DNA of 64,000 bases from a virus, in the IMG/VR virus record IMGVR_UViG_3300009169_000020, positions 7,017 to 71,016 of that record, one strand, 5' to 3'. Made by a program: the position numbers and the translations under genes. Under the pieces are notes generated by a model that searched no databases, was not told the origin of the DNA, and saw nothing but the letters and a program-made list of their open reading frames with translations. Positions 59,835 to 64,000 of the stretch are shown here, one piece after another (position 1 is the stretch's first letter; the number at the start of each line of letters is the position of its first letter).

Positions 59835-60169
59835 TTCTCTACCCCCGTTCCATAGCATGAATTACATGTATCATCTTCATCTATTTGATAACAATCTAAT
59901 ATTCCAGTTCCATTACACACAGAACAATCATTAAATACAAAAGTGCATTGTCCTACTTGTTCTACCACTAGTTTTTCACCATAACATTTAGGACAAGTAA
60001 TTCTTTCTTTAAGAACTTCTTTGGCTAACAGTATAGGACAATCTTGTTTATGAGTATCATTCTTTTCCTCACATATGAAACATTTTCCTGTACCATCATT
60101 ACATACAAGCATAGTATCAAGTAAGGCTTGAGCTAATTTCTTTATTATTTCATCTTTACTTAATTCCAT
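59831..60169 (-). CDS. DnaJ-type CxxCxGxG zinc-finger protein
   Basis: CPKCYG, CSVCNGTG, CNSCYGTG. Confidence 0.6.
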   Translation of the reverse strand: MELSKDEIIKKLAQALLDTMLVCNDGTGKCFICEEKNDTHKQDCPILLAKEVLKERITCPKCYGEKLVVEQVGQCTFVFNDCSVCNGTGILDCYQIDEDDTCNSCYGTGVEK

Positions 60170-60171
60170 AA

Positions 60172-60420
60172 TTATTTATCCTCTATATGCGTAAATTTTC
60201 TTCCATGATTAAATCCTCCAACATATGTTGAATCAATAATATATTTAAGTGCTTTCATACCGAGCATAAATGAATGCATAATTGCTTCTTGAGTTTCTTC
60301 CGTCCAGCATTTCTTTTCTACATCCCATATATTATATTGTTATCCATCAGGCATAATAATCCATATAGCAATCTTACCCTCCCTGTCTGTTGTAAAAAAC
60401 TTTGGCTCATATTCTTTCAT
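60172..60420 (-). pseudogene. 82-codon ORF interrupted by one in-frame TAA (60340-60342)
   Basis: MKEYEPKFFTTDREGKIAIWIIMPDG*QYNIWDVEKKCW...EDK*; AAGGA RBS; fills the gap exactly. Confidence 0.5.
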
Positions 60421-60422
60421 AA

Positions 60423-60602
60423 CTATTTATCCTTTAATATTTGTTTTAGAATATTATCAAAAGTCATTTCTGATATAGTTTCTAATTCTTTTATACAAGC
60501 ATCCCAACCATCTATCCAATTAGAGCGATTTGGTGTTATTATTAAAGATGGCTTTTTATCCATTATAACTCTTTTACGAATATTGAATTCTTGTTTATTC
60601 AT
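60423..60602 (-). CDS. Hypothetical protein (59 aa, not in the ORF track)
   Basis: MNKQEFNIRKR...WIDGWDACIKEL; ATGA overlap. Confidence 0.55.
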   Translation of the reverse strand: MNKQEFNIRKRVIMDKKPSLIITPNRSNWIDGWDACIKELETISEMTFDNILKQILKDK

Positions 60603-60919
60603 TTCAGAATACCTCTCTCTATAAGAATATTAGCAACTTCTTCTAATACTTTTTCATCTTGAATTAAGTTTTCTATTTGATCTTTAAGAATTTTCTTTCT
60701 ATTTAGTTCTTGATAATACTTTAATGTATCATATATTTTTTCAAATGATCCATCAAAAAATGACATCTCTGGTCTGATATTATGGGAGTAAAAACGATAA
60801 CTAGAATCATCTAAATGATCTTTGTCTAAATATACAGTTATTCCAATATTATAAAATTCTTTTATAATATTTTTTATTTCGCCTATTGTAGTATTATCAG
60901 TTATAACTTGTTTATTCAT
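60599..60919 (-). CDS. Hypothetical protein
   Basis: GGAGGAG RBS. Confidence 0.55.
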   Translation of the reverse strand: MNKQVITDNTTIGEIKNIIKEFYNIGITVYLDKDHLDDSSYRFYSHNIRPEMSFFDGSFEKIYDTLKYYQELNRKKILKDQIENLIQDEKVLEEVANILIERGILK

Positions 60920-61097
60920 TTGAACTCCTCCATAATAAAATTATTAAATTAACTACCATCATAAATCCATTGAGTAGTACAAATGAAATATTATTATAAA
61001 ATGCACATATACACATTGCTATAAAACTAATCATTATTGCTATTATCGTTATCCACATATTATTATATCCCCATATTTTAATTGAATCTTCTATCAA
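60912..61097 (-). CDS. Small two-TM membrane protein
   Basis: Two hydrophobic segments. Confidence 0.5.
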   Translation of the reverse strand: MIEDSIKIWGYNNMWITIIAIMISFIAMCICAFYNNISFVLLNGFMMVVNLIILLWRSSNE

Positions 61098-61248
61098 TTC
61101 TTTTTTCTACATGTTGATTATCTTTCTTCTTTTCTTTTCTGAAGCCCCTTACATAAGCAACTAATTCCATATCTTCCATATTATTTTTGAAAGCCTTTCT
61201 AAAATTTTTGATTTGAATTTCCTGTGCTTGTGTCATTGTTATTTCTCC

Positions 61249-61434
61249 TTATTTTATTTTTAAAAAACTTTTAATACCATGTTCCCTTTTATAATTATCT
61301 ATTGCTTGTCTGACTAATTCTAGTCTTACTTTATCATCTCTTTTTATTATTTCTTTATTTATATTACATTTAGAATCATTACATAATGTTTCAAAAGAAT
61401 TAAGACATATATAATAGTGAATACATTTTTTCAT
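61249..61434 (-). CDS. Small Cys-rich protein
   Basis: First gene after the minus-strand promoter copy at 61458-61488. Confidence 0.5.
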   Translation of the reverse strand: MKKCIHYYICLNSFETLCNDSKCNINKEIIKRDDKVRLELVRQAIDNYKREHGIKSFLKIK

Positions 61435-61494
61435 TTTTAATAATTCTTCCTATATCTATAATATAATTAAAAAATTTTAAAAGTATAATTTTTT

Positions 61495-62124
61495 TTAGTT
61501 TAGTTCTAAATTATATCCATTATTATTCATGAATTTTTTATAGTTATCTTTTATTCTATGTATTATATGTACCACTTGAATTCTATTTACAAGTTTTGCT
61601 ATTTCTTTATATGTTTTACCTTCTTCCAGAAGATTCCATATAATCATTTCTGATTCTTTTAGAGTAGCTTTAAAGTCTTTTACTATAAGAGCAAATACAG
61701 TTTCTTCTTCATGTGATTCTACTTTTCCATCTATAAGTACTTCATTATCATTATGATCTTTTTGATATATAGAAACTATATTTTTTTCAATTTGTTTATT
61801 AAAAGATTCATAGCTATTTGTATTGAAATAGGATGTTAAATGTTGTTTAAAAGTAACTCCAAAAGAGTATTGAGCTTGATTGTGTGTTTTCTGAGGATTA
61901 ACATACTCAAGAGCTTTAAGCATTATTAAGTAGCACTCCTGCATATTATCTTCGTATGAAGCTTGTGATTGATATCGTCTTGATATAACATTACAGAGAG
62001 GATAATATTTTTTATACAGATAGGCTTCAATACTAGCTCTTGTTCTATAATGTTGGTTTATAGTATCCGACCATTTTTCTATTACTTCCAAATCTGTTAG
62101 ATGATTGAATGTTTGTTTTTGCAT
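61495..62124 (-). CDS. Sigma-70-family RNA polymerase sigma factor
   Basis: LYKKYYPL...YEDNMQECYLIMLKALE...SF (region 2); LKESEMIIW.L..EGKTYKEIA (region 4 HTH). Confidence 0.75.
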   Translation of the reverse strand: MQKQTFNHLTDLEVIEKWSDTINQHYRTRASIEAYLYKKYYPLCNVISRRYQSQASYEDNMQECYLIMLKALEYVNPQKTHNQAQYSFGVTFKQHLTSYFNTNSYESFNKQIEKNIVSIYQKDHNDNEVLIDGKVESHEEETVFALIVKDFKATLKESEMIIWNLLEEGKTYKEIAKLVNRIQVVHIIHRIKDNYKKFMNNNGYNLELN

Positions 62125-62170
62125 TTCTATTTCTCCTTATTTAAATTATTTTTTAAATTAACTCAGCATT

Positions 62171-62488
62171 TTAATCATTCAATAATTTCCAAGCAAATAA
62201 AATAGCTTCATTATTTGTCATTTTTTCATTTTTTAAATTTTTTAGATTTAACCAAGTTTTTAACTGTTTTATATCTGACGAAGATATTTCTTTTCCATTC
62301 TTCTGCCATTTATAAGAAATTACTTCTAAAGTTTTAAAATCTATTCTTACTTCATAACAATCCTTCTTAGTAATATGAAAATGAACTGGAGCATGATCTG
62401 TATAAACCTCTATTTTTAGATCCTTAATTATTCCTATTGAAGCCATTTCAAAAAATGGTTGATATCTTTCACATTGTTTTTCTTTCAT
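62171..62488 (-). CDS. DUF4160-family protein, type B (leader ..CERYQPFFE|M)
   Basis: IEVYTDHAPVHFHI...W; AAGGAG RBS; AACTAATAA upstream. Confidence 0.7.
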   Translation of the reverse strand: MKEKQCERYQPFFEMASIGIIKDLKIEVYTDHAPVHFHITKKDCYEVRIDFKTLEVISYKWQKNGKEISSSDIKQLKTWLNLKNLKNEKMTNNEAILFAWKLLND

Positions 62489-62524
62489 TTTTATTTCTCC
62501 TTTAATTATTAGTTTATCCATATA

Positions 62525-62686
62525 TTAAATTATATTTTTTATCGCTTCTACTACTAGTTCATAACTAATACCACATTCTGATAATCTAATAAAAGGTATT
62601 TTATCTTTATTAAATTCAAAAATCTGGGATGTTTCAGTGTCTATTAAATGTATTTTATTTCCTTCAAATCTTTCAGCTACTAACAT
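62525..62686 (-). CDS. Hypothetical protein (53 aa, not in the ORF track)
   Basis: MLVAERFEGNKIHLIDTET...; AAGGAG RBS with its own promoter. Confidence 0.5.
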   Translation of the reverse strand: MLVAERFEGNKIHLIDTETSQIFEFNKDKIPFIRLSECGISYELVVEAIKNII

Positions 62687-62756
62687 TTTCTTTCTCCTTA
62701 TTTAATTTAATGTTACTGTAATTTATTGCTTTTAAAATGTAAACAACTTTTTTAAT

Positions 62757-63077
62757 TTATTTCACTTTTTTTAAATTATCTATTATTTCATCAATAGTAA
62801 TTTCTCCTTTACCATTCCAATATTTCATTAGAGTATCTTTATTTAATTTAATCCAATCAAATATTTTATTTAATTTTTTAGCTTCAATTTTAATATTACT
62901 TTTTAATTCTGGTTCATCGGATATAGTTATAGATATAAATTTATTATCTATTTTTATTTTAATTCTAGCTGAATGTTTCTCCTTACCTGATTGGGGAGCT
63001 ATCCATACAATATAATCTAATCCAGTTTTTTTTGTTGATATATTTGACATCTCATATAAGCTTTGATATCTTTCCAT
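62757..63077 (-). CDS. DUF4160-like protein, type A (leader MERYQSLYE|M)
   Basis: MSNI..K.TGL..IVWI...KH..RIKI...WI.LN.D.L..YW. Confidence 0.65.
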   Translation of the reverse strand: MERYQSLYEMSNISTKKTGLDYIVWIAPQSGKEKHSARIKIKIDNKFISITISDEPELKSNIKIEAKKLNKIFDWIKLNKDTLMKYWNGKGEITIDEIIDNLKKVK

Positions 63078-63101
63078 CTTTGTTTCTTTGTTTCTCCTTA
63101 T

Positions 63102-63407
63102 TTAATTACTATTCATACCATCCCAAAATATTTCAATGGCATCTTTATTAGTTATATTTTTATTTTTATATTTATCTTTTAACCAACGACTGATTTTTTT
63201 AAGTTCTGTTGAAGATATTTCTGAACCATCTTTTTGCCATTTATAAGATAATATTTCCATATTTTTTAGATTCAATCTAACTTCAAATTTATCTTTTTTT
63301 GTTACATGAAAATGAGCTGGATCATGATCAGTATATACTTCTATAATTAAACCATTTATCTGACCTACTTTAACCATTTCAAAAAATTTTTCATATCGTT
63401 CCTTCAT
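63102..63407 (-). CDS. DUF4160-family protein, type B (leader MKERYEKFFE|M)
   Basis: IEVYTDHDPAHFHV; paralog of 62171-62488. Confidence 0.7.
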   Translation of the reverse strand: MKERYEKFFEMVKVGQINGLIIEVYTDHDPAHFHVTKKDKFEVRLNLKNMEILSYKWQKDGSEISSTELKKISRWLKDKYKNKNITNKDAIEIFWDGMNSN

Positions 63408-63408
63408 A

Positions 63409-63750
63409 TTATTTCACTCTTTTCATTTTTTTAAAGAAATCTTTAAGACTCATTTCCCCTTTACTATTCCAATAATCTAGTAATACTTGTTCATTCTTTA
63501 TTATCCAGATTTTAATTTGATTTAGATCTTTAGAATCTATTATATCTTTTTTAGATTTAATCATTATTTCTGGATTAGATGATATAGATATAGGAATAAA
63601 TTCATTATTAACTTCAACTTTAATTCTTGCCCAATGTTTTTCTTTTCCCGTTTGAGTTTGAATCCATATTTTATAATTTAAACCGGTATCTGATTTAGTT
63701 AGATTTGCCATTTCAAAAAAAGGTTGATATCTTTTTTTAGTCTTGTTCAT
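63409..63750 (-). CDS. DUF4160-like protein, type A (leader ..KRYQPFFE|M)
   Basis: MANLTKSDTGL..KIWI...KH..RIKV...WI.KN..VL.DYW; paralog of 62757-63077. Confidence 0.65.
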   Translation of the reverse strand: MNKTKKRYQPFFEMANLTKSDTGLNYKIWIQTQTGKEKHWARIKVEVNNEFIPISISSNPEIMIKSKKDIIDSKDLNQIKIWIIKNEQVLLDYWNSKGEMSLKDFFKKMKRVK

Positions 63751-64000
63751 TTCTATTTCTCCTTTAACTTCTTTTATTAAATCTAGTACTAATATAAAAC
63801 ATATATAAGAAAAGTAAACCTTTTTTTCACTTTTTTTAAAAAAAGTTACTGTTTTTAATTTAACATATATAGGAGAAATTTGTATTAAAATTTTAGTATA
63901 AAATATGACAAATAATTATAAACAGATAATAGATGATAAATATTTTAATCTTGATGCAGATGAACGTAAAAAGATATATGAGTTATATTTTAATAAGGAA

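Noticed and set aside
57576-60624. Plus-strand ORFs 57576-57776, 59023-59334 and 60274-60624
   Set aside because: Antisense to a tightly packed minus-strand operon.
1-64000. Genome-wide stop-codon reassignment
   Set aside because: Long conserved genes are intact in code 11, and TAA, TAG and TGA all end genes at sensible, tightly packed positions.
1-64000. CRISPR array, or diversity-generating retroelement acting on the fibre
   Set aside because: No regularly spaced repeat-spacer array, reverse transcriptase or adenine-variant repeat pair was seen; the recurring 32-mers are dispersed promoters.

Overview
A 64-kb piece of a very AT-rich, large lytic tailed phage with a T4-like gp21 protease and gp23 capsid; ORFs read well in the standard genetic code. 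Left half (+): DHH phosphoesterase, ClpP-like protease, DnaC-like loader, NrdG/NrdD (NrdD has a cis LAGLIDADG intein), outer-membrane phospholipase A, a tRNA/tRNA-like cluster, dUTPase, ThyX, a family A DNA polymerase fractured by a naturally split intein with a GIY-YIG gene between the halves, a TET-associated-type glycosyltransferase, a DenV-like glycosylase, a tnpB-only IS in a DUF932 gene, a sigma-like protein, GT4, RNA ligase, primase and Hsp20. Right half: virion genes including a ~2,900-aa tail fibre, membrane proteins, more GIY-YIG genes, a protease-scaffold fusion and the major capsid protein, then a minus-strand block with a sigma factor and five DUF4160-like paralogs. Main observation: about 20 otherwise unrelated proteins share an N-terminal M-x-R-Y-K/E/Q-x(1-3)-F-x(0-1)-E leader resembling the T4 capsid-targeting sequence, and it is fused directly ahead of the apparent native Met of the five DUF4160-like proteins, suggesting a head-packaged, injected cargo system. 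Also notable: two GIY-YIG cassettes that appear to supply a replacement 5' end for the gene they interrupt, three Leu-type tRNA scaffolds with aberrant anticodon arms, and phage-encoded OMPLA. Family calls come from motif recognition by eye; no searches were run.
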